Positions 20,015 through 30,551 of a DNA stretch of 64,000 nucleotides are shown in pieces; the stretch's first letter is position 1; each line of letters opens with the position of its first letter. Location: assembly GCA_963812015.1 (NCBI GenBank), contig CAWETI010000003.1, forward strand, positions 1,792,001-1,856,000. Reading direction: 5' to 3'. The position numbers and the translations under genes are program-made. Below the pieces are notes generated by a model. It saw only the letters and a list, made by a program, of their open reading frames with translations. It was not told the origin of the DNA and did not search any database. The DNA is from an uncultured delta proteobacterium (GTDB lineage: Bacteria > Desulfobacterota > Desulfobaccia > Desulfobaccales > 0-14-0-80-60-11).

Positions 20015-21562
20015 ATGCTCGATCCCCATCAAGAAAAAGTGCTCATCCTGGACTTCGGTTCCCAGTATACCCAACTCATTGCCCGGCGGGTGCGGGAGCT
20101 CAAGGTTTACTGCGAAATCCACCCCTACATCATGCCCCTGGCGAGTATCCAGGAGTTTGCGCCCCGGGCCATTATCCTGTCGGGTGGCCCCCGGAGCGTC
20201 TACGACCGGGACGCCCCCAGCGTCGACCCGGACCTCTTCAGCCTGGGGGTGCCGATCCTGGGCATCTGCTATGGCATCCAGCTCCTCAACCATCTCTTGG
20301 GGGGCGAGGTGGCCCCGGCCGCGTCCCGGGAATACGGCCACAAGACCTTCACCATCACCAATTTTGACGATCTGTTCCACGGCCTGAGCGCCTCTGAGCA
20401 AGTCTGGATGAGCCACGGCGACCGGGTGGAACGGCTGGCCCCGGGGTTCGAAGTTATCGGTTACAGCGACTCCTGTCCCACCGGGGCCATCCGGGACCTC
20501 TCCCGGCGCCTCTACGGGGTGCAATTCCATCCCGAAGTGCACCATACGCCCCGGGGCAAAGAGATCCTCAGCAACTTTCTGTTCCGCATCTGCGGACTCA
20601 AGCCCCTCTGGACCATGGCCTCCTTCATCGAGTCCGCCACCGCAATCATCCGGCAGCAGGTGGGCGACGGCCAGGTCATCTGCGCCCTGTCCGGCGGGGT
20701 GGATTCCTCGGTCACCGCGGTCCTGATCCACCGGGCCATCGGCGACCGCTTGAGCTGCGTCTTCGTGAACAACGGCCTCCTCCGAAAAGGCGAAGCCGAG
20801 GAAGTCTTCCACCTCTTCAGGGAGCACCACCATCTCAACCTGATTTACGTGGACGCCACCGTGGCCTTCCTGCGGGAACTCCAGGGCGTGACCGACCCGG
20901 AGGAAAAACGGCGTCGCATCGGCCACGCCTTCATCCGCATCTTCGCCGAGGAAGCCAAAAAGCTCGGCGGGGTTAAATTCCTGGCCCAGGGCACCCTCTA
21001 CCCCGACGTCATCGAAAGCGTCTCCTTCAAAGGGCCGTCGGCCACCATCAAGACCCACCACAACGTTGGGGGCCTGCCCACGGTTATGCCCCTGAAGCTG
21101 CTGGAGCCCTTACGGGAGCTGTTCAAGGACGAGGTGCGGGAAGTAGGCCAGGAGTTGGGCCTGCCGGACAGCCTGGTCTGGCGCCACCCCTTTCCCGGCC
21201 CGGGGCTGGCCATCCGCATCCTGGGGGAAGTCACCGCCGACAAGCTGGATATCCTCCGGGAAGCCGACGCCATTGTGCAGGAGGAGATGCTGGCCTCCGA
21301 TTTCTATCGCCGGGTCTGGCAGGCCTTTGCAGTGCTCCTGCCCGTCCGCACCGTGGGGGTGATGGGTGATGAACGGACCTATGAATACGTCATCGCCTTG
21401 CGCATCGTGGATTCCATCGATGCCATGACCGCGGACTGGAGCCGCCTGCCCCATGATTTTCTGGGCCGGCTGGCCAACCGCATCATCAATGAGGTAAAAC
21501 GGGTCAACCGGGTGGTGCTGGATATCTCCTCCAAGCCCCCCAGCACCATTGAGTGGGAGTAA
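20015..21562 (+). CDS. guaA: GMP synthase (glutamine-hydrolysing)
   Basis: [31 protein letters not shown] and the C-terminal KPPSTIEWE. Confidence 0.98.
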   Translation: MLDPHQEKVLILDFGSQYTQLIARRVRELKVYCEIHPYIMPLASIQEFAPRAIILSGGPRSVYDRDAPSVDPDLFSLGVPILGICYGIQLLNHLLGGEVAPAASREYGHKTFTITNFDDLFHGLSASEQVWMSHGDRVERLAPGFEVIGYSDSCPTGAIRDLSRRLYGVQFHPEVHHTPRGKEILSNFLFRICGLKPLWTMASFIESATAIIRQQVGDGQVICALSGGVDSSVTAVLIHRAIGDRLSCVFVNNGLLRKGEAEEVFHLFREHHHLNLIYVDATVAFLRELQGVTDPEEKRRRIGHAFIRIFAEEAKKLGGVKFLAQGTLYPDVIESVSFKGPSATIKTHHNVGGLPTVMPLKLLEPLRELFKDEVREVGQELGLPDSLVWRHPFPGPGLAIRILGEVTADKLDILREADAIVQEEMLASDFYRRVWQAFAVLLPVRTVGVMGDERTYEYVIALRIVDSIDAMTADWSRLPHDFLGRLANRIINEVKRVNRVVLDISSKPPSTIEWE

Positions 21563-21673
21563 AGGCAGTTCCCAGTAGCCAGGAGTCAGTGGTCAGTTAT
21601 AAGTGGTTGGTGGTTAGTTAGCACACAAGTTCTTTGAGTGAGGCGCTTATATAGTTTTAACGAGTTGAAGATA

Positions 21674-21760
21674 AAATCCCCCCCTACCCCCTTGAGAAAA
21701 GGGGGGTGGAAATGCCACTTTTTAAGTCCCCCTTTTTTAAGGGAGGATTTAGGGGGATTA
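21674..21760. repeat. CCCCCTT..AAAAGGGGG palindromic intergenic repeat family, copy 2
   Basis: Inverted pair AATCCCCCCCTACCCCCTTGAGAAAAGGGGGG and CCCCCTTTTTTAAGGGAGGATTTAGGGGGATT. Confidence 0.6.
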
Positions 21761-21793
21761 TAAAAATGATTCTGTTCTGAAAAAATTTCATAT

Positions 21794-22876
21794 ATGGCAA
21801 CTCCCAAGAAAGACCCGATAACCTCCTTCGCAACGTCGCCCCCGGCTTCCGGCCTCCGGTTTTTTCGGGAGATCCTGGGCCAGGAGTGGGTGGTGTCCCA
21901 TTTGAAGACCGCCATGCTCGCCGGCCGGCTGGCCCATGCCTACCTGTTTCTCGGACCCGAAGGGGTGGGCAAGGCCAGTATCGCCCGGGCCCTGGCCGCG
22001 GCCCTCAACTGCGCCCAAATCCGGGAGGATGGTGACGCCTGCGGCACCTGCCCCTCCTGCCGGCGCCTGGCCGCGGGCACCCATCCCGATTTTTTGGTCA
22101 TCTCCCCTGAAGGCTCGCAATCCCAAATCAAGATCGAACAGATCCGGGAATTCAGGCGCCTGACCGAATATCCGCCCCTGGGCGGCGGCTGGCGGGTGGT
22201 GATCATCAAACCGGCGGAGGCCCTGAGCGCCATGAACGACGCCGCGGCCAACGCCCTGTTAAAAACCCTGGAGGAGCCGCCCCCCCAACACCTGCTGGTG
22301 CTCACCGCCCGGAGCGAAGCCGATCTCTTGCCCACCATCGTGTCCCGGTGTCACAAGCTGGCCTTTGCGCCGCTGCCGATGCCCCTGATCATCCAGGAAC
22401 TGGAAAGCCGGCGCGGTCTGCCCCGGTCCCAGGCGGCCCTGGTGGCCGCCTTGAGCGGCGGTTCCCTGGCCCGGGCCCTGGCCCTGGACCCGGAGGAACT
22501 GGTGCGGCAACGGGACCAGGTGCTGGACGATTTGGCCCGGTTGAACCGGGGTTCCCCCGGCACGGTCCTGGAATGGGCCCAGCGCCTGACCAAAAATCGC
22601 GCCGACCTGGATAACTTTCTCCTGCTGGCCCAACTCTGGTACCGGGACCTCCTGCTGGCCCATTTTCAGGCGCCGGCCGGCCTCCTGGCGCATCAAGACC
22701 TCCTCCCGGCCCTGGCCCAAGCGCAGGCCGCCGGGGCCCCGGCAACCTGGTTCGCGCACTGTGCTGCCCTGGGAGCGGCCCAGCGTCAACTCAAGGCCAA
22801 CCTCAACCCGGAATTGACCCTGGATATCCTGGGATTGCGCCTCCAGCGCCAAAGGAACCCCCATGACCCTCGTTAA
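21794..22876 (+). CDS. holB: DNA polymerase III subunit delta prime
   Basis: HAYLFLGPEGVGK, CGTCPSC zinc module, HPD, ANALLKTLEEPP and SRC motif. Confidence 0.93.
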   Translation: MATPKKDPITSFATSPPASGLRFFREILGQEWVVSHLKTAMLAGRLAHAYLFLGPEGVGKASIARALAAALNCAQIREDGDACGTCPSCRRLAAGTHPDFLVISPEGSQSQIKIEQIREFRRLTEYPPLGGGWRVVIIKPAEALSAMNDAAANALLKTLEEPPPQHLLVLTARSEADLLPTIVSRCHKLAFAPLPMPLIIQELESRRGLPRSQAALVAALSGGSLARALALDPEELVRQRDQVLDDLARLNRGSPGTVLEWAQRLTKNRADLDNFLLLAQLWYRDLLLAHFQAPAGLLAHQDLLPALAQAQAAGAPATWFAHCAALGAAQRQLKANLNPELTLDILGLRLQRQRNPHDPR

Positions 22877-23696
22877 GATCTGTCTCGGTCTCGGCAACCA
22901 CTGCTGTCTGGTAGATCCGGGGCCGTTTGACCTCAAACCGTCAGAGCGGGTGGTGGTGGATATTGAGGGCGTCCTAAAGCTGGGCAAGGTAGTGGGCGTC
23001 TATCCGGATGCCGATCCCCAACTCTCCCGCCAGATGAAGATCCTGCTGCGGGTGGCCACCGCCGAAGACCTGGCCCAAGAACAAAGCAACCAGTTGATGG
23101 AGCAGCGGGCCCTGCAATTTTGCCAGGCACGGGTGGAGGCCCACAGGCTGCCCATCTACCTGGTGCAGGTGGAATGTCTGTTCGACACCTCCAAAATCAT
23201 CTTCTATTTCACCGCCCCGGGGCGGGTGGATTTCCGGGAATTGGTCAAAGACCTGGTCCAGGAGTTCCGCACCCGCATCGAATTGCGCCAAATCGGGGTC
23301 CGCCACCGGGCCAAGATGGTGGGCGGCCTGGGGATCTGCGGCCGGGGCCTGTGCTGCGCCTCCTTTCTCAGAGATTTCGAGCCGGTGAGCGTGCGCATGG
23401 CCAAAGAACAGCAACTCAGCCTCAACCCCAACAAAATCTCCGGGATCTGCGGCCGCCTGATGTGCTGCCTGACCTACGAGTACTCTTCGTACCAGGAACT
23501 CCGGAAGTCCCTGCCCAAGGTGGGGAAACGCCTCCAGGCCCCCGAAGGCGAAGGGAAAATCATCCGCTACAATTTCATCCGCGAGACCGTCACCCTGGAG
23601 ATGGAAGACCGCCGGGAAGTGGAATTCTCTTTTACCGATCTGGGCCTCGGGGAGGCGGCGCCGGCCGCGCCCACGGAGCCGGCAGCCGAGGAATAA
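22863..23696 (+). CDS. PSP1/YaaT (RicT)-family protein
   Basis: FYFTAPGRVDFRELVKDL...RIELRQIGVR...GICGRGLCC...KISGICGRLMCCL; usual position after holB. Confidence 0.93.
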   Translation: MTLVKICLGLGNHCCLVDPGPFDLKPSERVVVDIEGVLKLGKVVGVYPDADPQLSRQMKILLRVATAEDLAQEQSNQLMEQRALQFCQARVEAHRLPIYLVQVECLFDTSKIIFYFTAPGRVDFRELVKDLVQEFRTRIELRQIGVRHRAKMVGGLGICGRGLCCASFLRDFEPVSVRMAKEQQLSLNPNKISGICGRLMCCLTYEYSSYQELRKSLPKVGKRLQAPEGEGKIIRYNFIRETVTLEMEDRREVEFSFTDLGLGEAAPAAPTEPAAEE

Positions 23697-23756
23697 CGGG
23701 TCAGATACCGGCCGGGCCAGCTCTGGATTTCGGGGGCGGGGCCCAAGGGAGCCGAC

Positions 23757-24461
23757 ATGGACGAAAGCGACAGGGCCTTAGAAGCCTTAAAAGTCCACAT
23801 CAAAAAAGAAATCGTCGATAATTATTTTGCCGACCGGGTCTACGTGGAAGAGGATACGGAACTCCTCCATCAGGAGGTTGAGGCCTACAACAAGGACCTG
23901 GACATCCTGGGTAAGCGTTTCATGGCCCTTTACCAGGCGCTTGGCTCCAAAGATGCCTGCACCCTGATGATGGAGGTCCTGAAGCTTGAGGCCTGGCCGT
24001 TTTACCCTGAGTATTGCAATCTTTCGATTCAGGAGCAGCAGGATCTCCTCAAGGATACCCGGCGCCGCGGCCTCACCAATTACCGCCGTTTCCGTAACCT
24101 GATCTTCGACCTGTACGAGCGCCTCCAGCAGGAAAGCGTCAAACTCCACGAGGCCTACGCCAAGATCCAGACGCACCTGAAACTCCTCAACGAAGACATC
24201 GACAAATTCAACCTGTCCTATGATTTCGGCCTGATTGCCGCCCAGATCGAGGCCATGGACGGCGGTCGGGATGAATGCATGACCGGGGGCCTGTTGGCCC
24301 CGGAGCGGGAGGAACTCTCCACCCGTATGCGCTTCAAGCGCCAGAAGTTGACGGACGAGCGATTGCCGCCGGTGCCGGCCCTGCCGCCCCTGAAGGAGAT
24401 CCAGAGGAAACTGGATAGCCTGATAGGAAAAAATTATCTGCCGGCTTTTTGTTGCGGATGA
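23757..24461 (+). CDS. Conserved hypothetical helical protein
   Basis: 234-aa ORF with a GGGAG RBS and host-like codon usage, co-directional in the operon. Confidence 0.75.
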   Translation: MDESDRALEALKVHIKKEIVDNYFADRVYVEEDTELLHQEVEAYNKDLDILGKRFMALYQALGSKDACTLMMEVLKLEAWPFYPEYCNLSIQEQQDLLKDTRRRGLTNYRRFRNLIFDLYERLQQESVKLHEAYAKIQTHLKLLNEDIDKFNLSYDFGLIAAQIEAMDGGRDECMTGGLLAPEREELSTRMRFKRQKLTDERLPPVPALPPLKEIQRKLDSLIGKNYLPAFCCG

Positions 24462-24568
24462 GCAAGTCGCCCTTTTGTACGACTTCAAAACTATGCACCC
24501 GTAAAGTCGCTGCAATGACAGGTCGGGATGAGAGTCACCGCGGTTTCAAACCAAAAGAGGGTAAAACC

Positions 24569-25225
24569 ATGGTGAAGAGGGGCATGCGTTTTCTGGCTAC
24601 CGTTCTGATCGGTTTAAGCCTTGCAGGTTGCGCCAATTATTTCAATATCAAGGTCAACGGCTACACCGATCCCAATGTCCCTGGCCAAATCACGCCCGGG
24701 GATTCCTTTTGTGTGATGGAAAATCAAGAGGCCAAAAATCCCCTGCTGGAGGCGGAAGTCAAAGGCAAAATCACTAAGCTACTGGAAACCCGGGGGTATC
24801 CCGTCACCACCTTTGATAAAGCCGACTATTTTCTATTCTTCGGGTACGGCCTGGGAGAACCGCGCAGCGTCAGCGCGGCCGCGCCGGATTATTACGGCGG
24901 TGTCGGTTGGGGGGTGGGATATGGCTGGGGCGGCCCTTCCGTTGTCATTGGGGTGCCTTACGGGACCTACCCCGCGGACACCGCCAGCCTCTACGACCGC
25001 TGGCTGATGATCAATGTGGTGGAGGCGCCCGCCTACCGGGCCCGCAAGGACACTCGCCCTGTGTGGACAGGGGAAGCCCGGAGCGTGGGCACCTCCTCGG
25101 ACCTGCGCACGGTACTTAACTATTTGCTTGTAGCGGATTTCAAGGAGTTCGGCAAAAACACCGGCAAAGCCATCACCCGGGAAATCCAGGAGCAGGACCC
25201 GGAGATTTACTCCCTGACCCATTAG
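24569..25225 (+). CDS. Putative lipoprotein (DUF4136-like)
   Basis: Lipobox LAGC, a Gly/Tyr/Trp-rich loop and VWTGEA; start set to ATG 24569. Confidence 0.75.
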   Translation: MVKRGMRFLATVLIGLSLAGCANYFNIKVNGYTDPNVPGQITPGDSFCVMENQEAKNPLLEAEVKGKITKLLETRGYPVTTFDKADYFLFFGYGLGEPRSVSAAAPDYYGGVGWGVGYGWGGPSVVIGVPYGTYPADTASLYDRWLMINVVEAPAYRARKDTRPVWTGEARSVGTSSDLRTVLNYLLVADFKEFGKNTGKAITREIQEQDPEIYSLTH

Positions 25226-25231
25226 CCGGAA

Positions 25232-26602
25232 TTGAATCCAGGACAACTCTTGACCGACTTTCTCAACGATCAGCAGGATTTTTTCCGGTGCCGCCTCTGG
25301 CAAGATGGGGGGCGGGGACCCGGGGCCCTTTTTGCCCTCAAGTGCCTCCGGGTGCTGGTCCTGGCGGGTCGCGGCCTCATCCGCAACCAATCCCTGGTGC
25401 GCTCTTCGGCCCTGGCCTATGCCACCATCCTGGGCTTCATCCCCCTCTTCGCCCTGCTGTTCGCCATCTTGCAAGCCATCGGCGTGCCCCGCCTGTTGGC
25501 TACCTACACCCTGGAGCACCTGGCCCCCGGGTCCAGAGATTTTGCCACCCAGATACTGCAGTACATCGAGGCCACCCGGGTTACCTCCCTGGGGGTCTTT
25601 GGGGTGGTGGTGCTCCTCCTGGACCTGGTGATTGTCATGACCAACGTGGAGAAGGCCTTCAATAAGACCTGGCAGGTTTCCCGGACCCGCCCCTGGAGCC
25701 GCAAAGTCAGCGATTACCTCAGCATCTTTTTGATTTTCCCCATCCTGATGGCCGTGGCCCTGACCTTCTCCACCTCCTTCTGGGGTTTCAAGTACGTCAT
25801 CGGTATCCTGTCCGGCATCCTGCCAGCCATCTTCTTTACCGCAACCCGCTGGCTGGTGTCCCTGGGGATGTTGTGGTTTGCCTTTATCTTTATCTACCTG
25901 GTGATGCCCAACACCCGCGTAAACTTCTGGTCGGCGGTGCTGGGGGGCGTGGTGGGCGCCACCGTCTGGCAGGTGGCCCAGTGGATTTTCACCGGCATCC
26001 AGGGGGGCGCCACGTACTACAACGCCATTTATGGCGCCCTGTATCATCTGCTCTTCCTGTTTATCTGGCTGTTCTGGTGCTGGCTCATTCTGTTGTTCGG
26101 CACCGAGATCGCCTTCGCCCACCAGAACCTTGACTGCCTTACCCGGCAGTTCCGGCGACCCATCGCGCCGCCTGAGCCGGTGGATGAGTATCTCTGCCTG
26201 GCCGCCCTGGTGAGCATCGGGTCCCGGTTCTGGCAGCGGCAACCGCCCCTGTCTCGGGACGAATTGAGCCAGATTCTCCCCCGGGGCAACAACCTGGCCC
26301 ATCGGGTCACCCAGGCGCTCCAGGACTGCAACCTGGTGGTGGAGGTGGCCTCGGATCACCCGAAGTCTTCCCCCCAATTCCTGCCCAGGCTCCCCCTGGA
26401 TCAAATCACGGTCAAGGAAGTCCTGGAAAGCCTGCGCCAGTCCCGGGGCGCCACCCTGGACACGGCCCTGGCCGGGGAGCCTCGCCTGGCAAAGCTCCTG
26501 AAGCCCCTGGCCGAAGTCTCCTGCCCGGTCGGTTGGGAGGTGCTCACCATCCAGAAGCTGGTGGAATCTTTCGCCGGAGACGCGCCCGAGAGCCAGGCCT
26601 AA
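25232..26602 (+). CDS. YihY/BrkB family membrane protein with a C-terminal HTH-like extension
   Basis: SSALAYATILGFIP, EKAFNKTW, MPNTRV, YNAIYGA and LLFGTEIAF motifs. Confidence 0.9.
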   Translation: MNPGQLLTDFLNDQQDFFRCRLWQDGGRGPGALFALKCLRVLVLAGRGLIRNQSLVRSSALAYATILGFIPLFALLFAILQAIGVPRLLATYTLEHLAPGSRDFATQILQYIEATRVTSLGVFGVVVLLLDLVIVMTNVEKAFNKTWQVSRTRPWSRKVSDYLSIFLIFPILMAVALTFSTSFWGFKYVIGILSGILPAIFFTATRWLVSLGMLWFAFIFIYLVMPNTRVNFWSAVLGGVVGATVWQVAQWIFTGIQGGATYYNAIYGALYHLLFLFIWLFWCWLILLFGTEIAFAHQNLDCLTRQFRRPIAPPEPVDEYLCLAALVSIGSRFWQRQPPLSRDELSQILPRGNNLAHRVTQALQDCNLVVEVASDHPKSSPQFLPRLPLDQITVKEVLESLRQSRGATLDTALAGEPRLAKLLKPLAEVSCPVGWEVLTIQKLVESFAGDAPESQA

Positions 26603-26723
26603 CCGGGGCGGGGGGGCAATGGTTGCCAGACCTGGCCGGCAGATTATGCACGGCAGCATAAGTTGGAAATCCCAATTCGGGGCAGACTAAACCGGCCCTC
26701 CCCGTAATTTCAGAAAGCGTCCT

Positions 26724-27671
26724 ATGGAACTCGATACCCCGTTCGCTCAAGATAGTTTCCCCTGTCCTGCCTGCGGTAGTGCCATTATAAAACCATGGAT
26801 CAGTAAAGAGATTGCCGGGGTCATTTTTCATCTGGATAAATGTTGCGCCTGCGGCACCGGGTACGTCAATCCACCCCCCTCGATGGCATATATAAAATCT
26901 ATCTATTCTGTTACCGGTCACGGCTCGAAGTCGCTTACCTCTTTTGATGAAGTCATGGCTTCCGAAAGTGAATTTCCCAATTCAACCGTTGACGCGAAAA
27001 GAATGGTTACCTATGCCGTCCAACTCCTGGGGCCGCAACGCGAGGGTCAGGGAAAGGCCCTGGATATCGGCTCGGGGTATGGTTTTTTCTCTCAGGCCGC
27101 ACTGGATCAGGGGTTTAATGTGGTGGCCGTCAATCCCGCCATCTCGGAGAATCAAATCTTCAAGCAATTAAATGGGTTCGAGCCCATCCCTCAATTCTTT
27201 GAAGAGATTGATTTCGGCCCGGAAAAGTTCGATCTGGTGATTCTCAGCCAGATATTGGAACATCTTTTAAATCCATTGCAGGTATTAGTAAAGATCAGAA
27301 GCTTACTTAATAGAGATGGGATACTTTTTGTAGCTGTGCCGAATGTAAATGCATTATTAATAAAACTTCTCAAATCAAAAAGCAGTTTTTTAGGGTTACC
27401 TGAACATATTATTCATTTTTCTCAAAAAGGTTTGGAAGCTATTCTGGAAAAAGCCGGGTTTGAGCTTAAACTCCACCGGTATGTCAGTCGAATCCCTTAT
27501 TACGCGGTGAGCAATCGACTCAATCTCCACGGCCTAGCCCGGAAGTGCCTGAATTACGGGGTAAGAATCGGCCAGTGGGCCCCCTTATGGCTTGCCAATC
27601 AGTTCGGACTGGGTCTTTATCAAGATCTGTGGGCCATGCCGGTGCGGCCAAAACCAGAAGCGCCGGAATGA
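26724..27671 (+). CDS. Class I SAM-dependent methyltransferase with N-terminal CxxC pairs
   Basis: LDIGSGYG, FDLVILSQILEHLLNP, VPN and PEHIIHFS; noticeably more AT-rich than its neighbours. Confidence 0.88.
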   Translation: MELDTPFAQDSFPCPACGSAIIKPWISKEIAGVIFHLDKCCACGTGYVNPPPSMAYIKSIYSVTGHGSKSLTSFDEVMASESEFPNSTVDAKRMVTYAVQLLGPQREGQGKALDIGSGYGFFSQAALDQGFNVVAVNPAISENQIFKQLNGFEPIPQFFEEIDFGPEKFDLVILSQILEHLLNPLQVLVKIRSLLNRDGILFVAVPNVNALLIKLLKSKSSFLGLPEHIIHFSQKGLEAILEKAGFELKLHRYVSRIPYYAVSNRLNLHGLARKCLNYGVRIGQWAPLWLANQFGLGLYQDLWAMPVRPKPEAPE

Positions 27672-27739
27672 GCATGGTTCTCCTAACCCTTACTCGGCTG
27701 GACCACCCATCCTGTCCAGTCGGTCTGACGATGCCCCGG

Positions 27740-28140
27740 ATTGTCGCCAGGATTCCGCCAGGGCCCGGTGGGTATCCGGGCTGATATACATTCCTACCCG
27801 CCTTTGCCGTGGTGGACGAGGACCCTGCCCCAGGTCAGGTCCAAGGCCTCCAGGCTCAGTTTCGCCACCTCTTCCACCCGCAACACTTCGCAGCATCATC
27901 GAGAAGAGCGCCCGGTCTCGGGGTCCCTTGATGGCGCCGAACCGCGCGTTCAGCTCCTCCTCATTGAGACACCGGGGCAGCGGCTTGAGAAGCCGCGAGA
28001 CACGGCCGCATCTTGCCGGATTGCCCACCGCTGCTCCTTCCTCATGGGATAAGTATCCAGGGAACTGCCGCCCGCTGACCAGGTGATAGCCGATAGTGCC
28101 GAGTTTGCGCCTTTGGAGATGTCCCTGGGGTTGGTGCCCC
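27740..28140 (-). pseudogene. Tyrosine recombinase (XerD-like integrase) relic
   Basis: Across shifted frames: NP...LKPLPRCLNEEE...RDRALFSMMLRS/LRVEEVAKLSLEALDLTWGRVLVHHGKGG*/YISPD. Contains frameshifts and a stop; the C-terminal half is missing. Confidence 0.75.
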
Positions 28141-28477
28141 ATGAGATTTCCCGGGGCAATTTCTCCAGATGCCAATATTATCAATCGGGTGCGGAAATTA
28201 TTAAGGAAAATGTTAAAGAGGCCGATAGGATACCTAGGCATCATCAGATGGGGGCTATCCGAAAAAATTTATAGCTGGGCCATGTCTTACCTCCGTTTTT
28301 GCACCAATCGCCTGGCCTGCAGCCTATGACCGACGAGCGGCTAAGGTTTAGACGAGTTCAGGCTTTCAAGGAAAGTTCCCCTTGCCTTTTTCCAGCCGCC
28401 AGGGATGGCCGCCAACCCTGCGCAGCCCTCGGCTGGGCATGAGACAGCGTCGAAATCGGCGAAAACGATAGGGGTTT

Positions 28478-29131
28478 ATGTCTGTTGACCAACGCCACAC
28501 CCATAACCCGATTCTCGGGGAGGGTTGCGCGGGTGCTCATTCCCGGGCGTTGATCTATCTTCCCATCGTCCATACCCAGGCGGATATGGGCGCCCTTAAG
28601 GAATCGGTGGCACGGGTCACTCTGGAGAAAACGGGCCGAGCCGGATTGGCACGCAAGGCCGCAGCCATTGACAAGATCTGGACGGAAATCGAGAGAGCCA
28701 TCGACGCTTTGCCCCTCTCTTTTGACCGAGTGCGCCTCTACCAGGACGGCTTGCCCGTGTGCGGGCGGGAGCTGGAGATCGTCACCGAACTGGCCCAGAT
28801 GGGCAGCCGCAACCATCAACTCCTGCTGCGCCTGATGGACCAAGGAGCCGTGCTCATGGGGACCGAATCCGGCGACTTGTTGGTGCAGGAATACCAGTTG
28901 GCCAGGCAATCCCTGACGACCCGGCCACCCCGGGCCGCGGGAGTGGCAGCGTCCCGCCGGGCCTTGAGCGAGGCCCTCCTCAAACGCCGGGATCAATTTA
29001 TAGCCCAGCGCATTAACGACACCCTGAAAAACGGCGAGACCGGCATCCTCTTCCTGGGGATGCTCCATTCCGTGGAAAGACATCTCCAAGCGGACGTGAA
29101 GGTGCTCCATCCGCTCCACCGGCCTCGTTGA
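28478..29131 (+). CDS. Gas-vesicle-cluster-associated conserved protein (positional equivalent of Serratia GvpY)
   Basis: First gene of the operon, 13 bp before the activator gene; motifs PIVHT, YQDGLP, GTES and RDQFIAQRI...ILFLGMLH. Confidence 0.7.
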   Translation: MSVDQRHTHNPILGEGCAGAHSRALIYLPIVHTQADMGALKESVARVTLEKTGRAGLARKAAAIDKIWTEIERAIDALPLSFDRVRLYQDGLPVCGRELEIVTELAQMGSRNHQLLLRLMDQGAVLMGTESGDLLVQEYQLARQSLTTRPPRAAGVAASRRALSEALLKRRDQFIAQRINDTLKNGETGILFLGMLHSVERHLQADVKVLHPLHRPR

Positions 29132-29144
29132 ACCAGGAGGAAAT

Positions 29145-30551
29145 ATGTACCCAAGCAGCACCCGGGTGCTCGTCGTGGACGATGATCGGGATATCAGCTC
29201 GTTGCTCTCAGCCCTTATGAACAAAGAGGGGTTGACCAGCATGACAGCCCATGACGGGGAGACGGCCCTGCAGATGATCCCCGTGGCCAGGCCCGACATG
29301 ATGCTGGTGGACGTCAAGATGCCCGGTATCGACGGCATGACCGTCTTGAAGCGAGTCAAGGAAACTGACCCCCATCTGCCGGTGGTTCTCATCACCGCGT
29401 ATGCCGAGATTTCCGCCACGGTTGCGGCTATGCGGGCCGGAGCGTTCGATTATCTGGCCAAACCTTTTGACCACTCGGAGGTAATCCGGGTGGTGCGGGC
29501 CGCCCTGGCCGAACGGGACCGCCGGCGCCGTTCCATGGCCGAAGAAGGCTCGACGGATAATTGTCTCCGGGTCATGATGGGTCCCAGCGATGCCGTCACT
29601 CACATTATCCGGGAAGTGAACCGGGTGGCCCAATCGGACTTCAGCGTTATCATCCAGGGGGAAACCGGCTCCGGCAAGGAACTGGTGGCCCGGGCCATCT
29701 ACCAGTTGAGTGGGCGCGCCGACACCCCCTTTATTCCCCTGGATTGCGGGGCCATTCCCGAAACCTTAATCGAAAGCGAACTCTTCGGCTACCAAAAAGG
29801 GGCTTTTACCGGGGCCAGCGCACCAAAAGCAGGAAAGTTCGAAGCGGCTCACGGAGGCACCCTCTTCCTGGACGAAATTGCCAACCTGCCTCTGGGGGCC
29901 CAGGCGAAACTGCTGCGGGTCCTTCAGGAGAAGAAGGTCTTACGCCTGGGCGCGGTCAAGCCGGTAAAGGTTGACGTGCGCCTGGTCACCGCCTGCAACC
30001 AGGAACTCCAGGGACTGGTAGAATCGGGCCAGATGCGGGAGGACCTATACTTTCGCCTCAATGAATTTACCATCACCATCCCGCCCCTCCGGGAACGCAA
30101 AGACGACATCCCCTACCTGGCCAAACGGTTCATGGATCTCACCAACAAGGAATTGCAAAAAAACGTCCAGCGAATTTCCGAATATTGCCTCGAGGCCTTG
30201 CTGTCTTACAACTGGCCGGGAAACGTGCGCCAACTCCGGTCCGTCATCCGCCGGGCCGTCCTCTTGGCCGACGACATGATCACCGAGACCCATCTGGACA
30301 TCAAGCGCGCCCCGGTGCCGGGACTGGCCTTCACGCCCAAGATTCAGGGAACGCCTTGGGAGGAACTTTCTCTCCGGGAGATCGTCCAACGCAGCGTGGT
30401 CACCGTGGAGCGGGAAGTCCTGCTCCAGGTCCTGAAACATACCCGGGGAAATAAAGCCAAGGCGGCACGGCTATTGCACATAGATTATAAGACTATACAT
30501 ACCAAGCTGAAGCAGTTCGGCATTAACCGATCTGGAGGCGGTCATGACTAA
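29145..30551 (+). CDS. Sigma54-dependent NtrC-family response regulator (GvrA-like)
   Basis: Receiver domain, GETGSGKE, ESELFG, GAFTGA, LFLDEI, WPGNVRQL and a Fis-type HTH. Confidence 0.95.
   Translation: MYPSSTRVLVVDDDRDISSLLSALMNKEGLTSMTAHDGETALQMIPVARPDMMLVDVKMPGIDGMTVLKRVKETDPHLPVVLITAYAEISATVAAMRAGAFDYLAKPFDHSEVIRVVRAALAERDRRRRSMAEEGSTDNCLRVMMGPSDAVTHIIREVNRVAQSDFSVIIQGETGSGKELVARAIYQLSGRADTPFIPLDCGAIPETLIESELFGYQKGAFTGASAPKAGKFEAAHGGTLFLDEIANLPLGAQAKLLRVLQEKKVLRLGAVKPVKVDVRLVTACNQELQGLVESGQMREDLYFRLNEFTITIPPLRERKDDIPYLAKRFMDLTNKELQKNVQRISEYCLEALLSYNWPGNVRQLRSVIRRAVLLADDMITETHLDIKRAPVPGLAFTPKIQGTPWEELSLREIVQRSVVTVEREVLLQVLKHTRGNKAKAARLLHIDYKTIHTKLKQFGINRSGGGHD

Noticed and set aside
24833..26659. 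608-aa minus-strand ORF, and similar long antisense ORFs at 10232-11329, 16459-17580, 19496-21061, 35396-36508, 52677-53876 and 61569-62720
   Set aside because: Shadow frames opposite well-supported genes in high-GC DNA, with no recognisable motifs.
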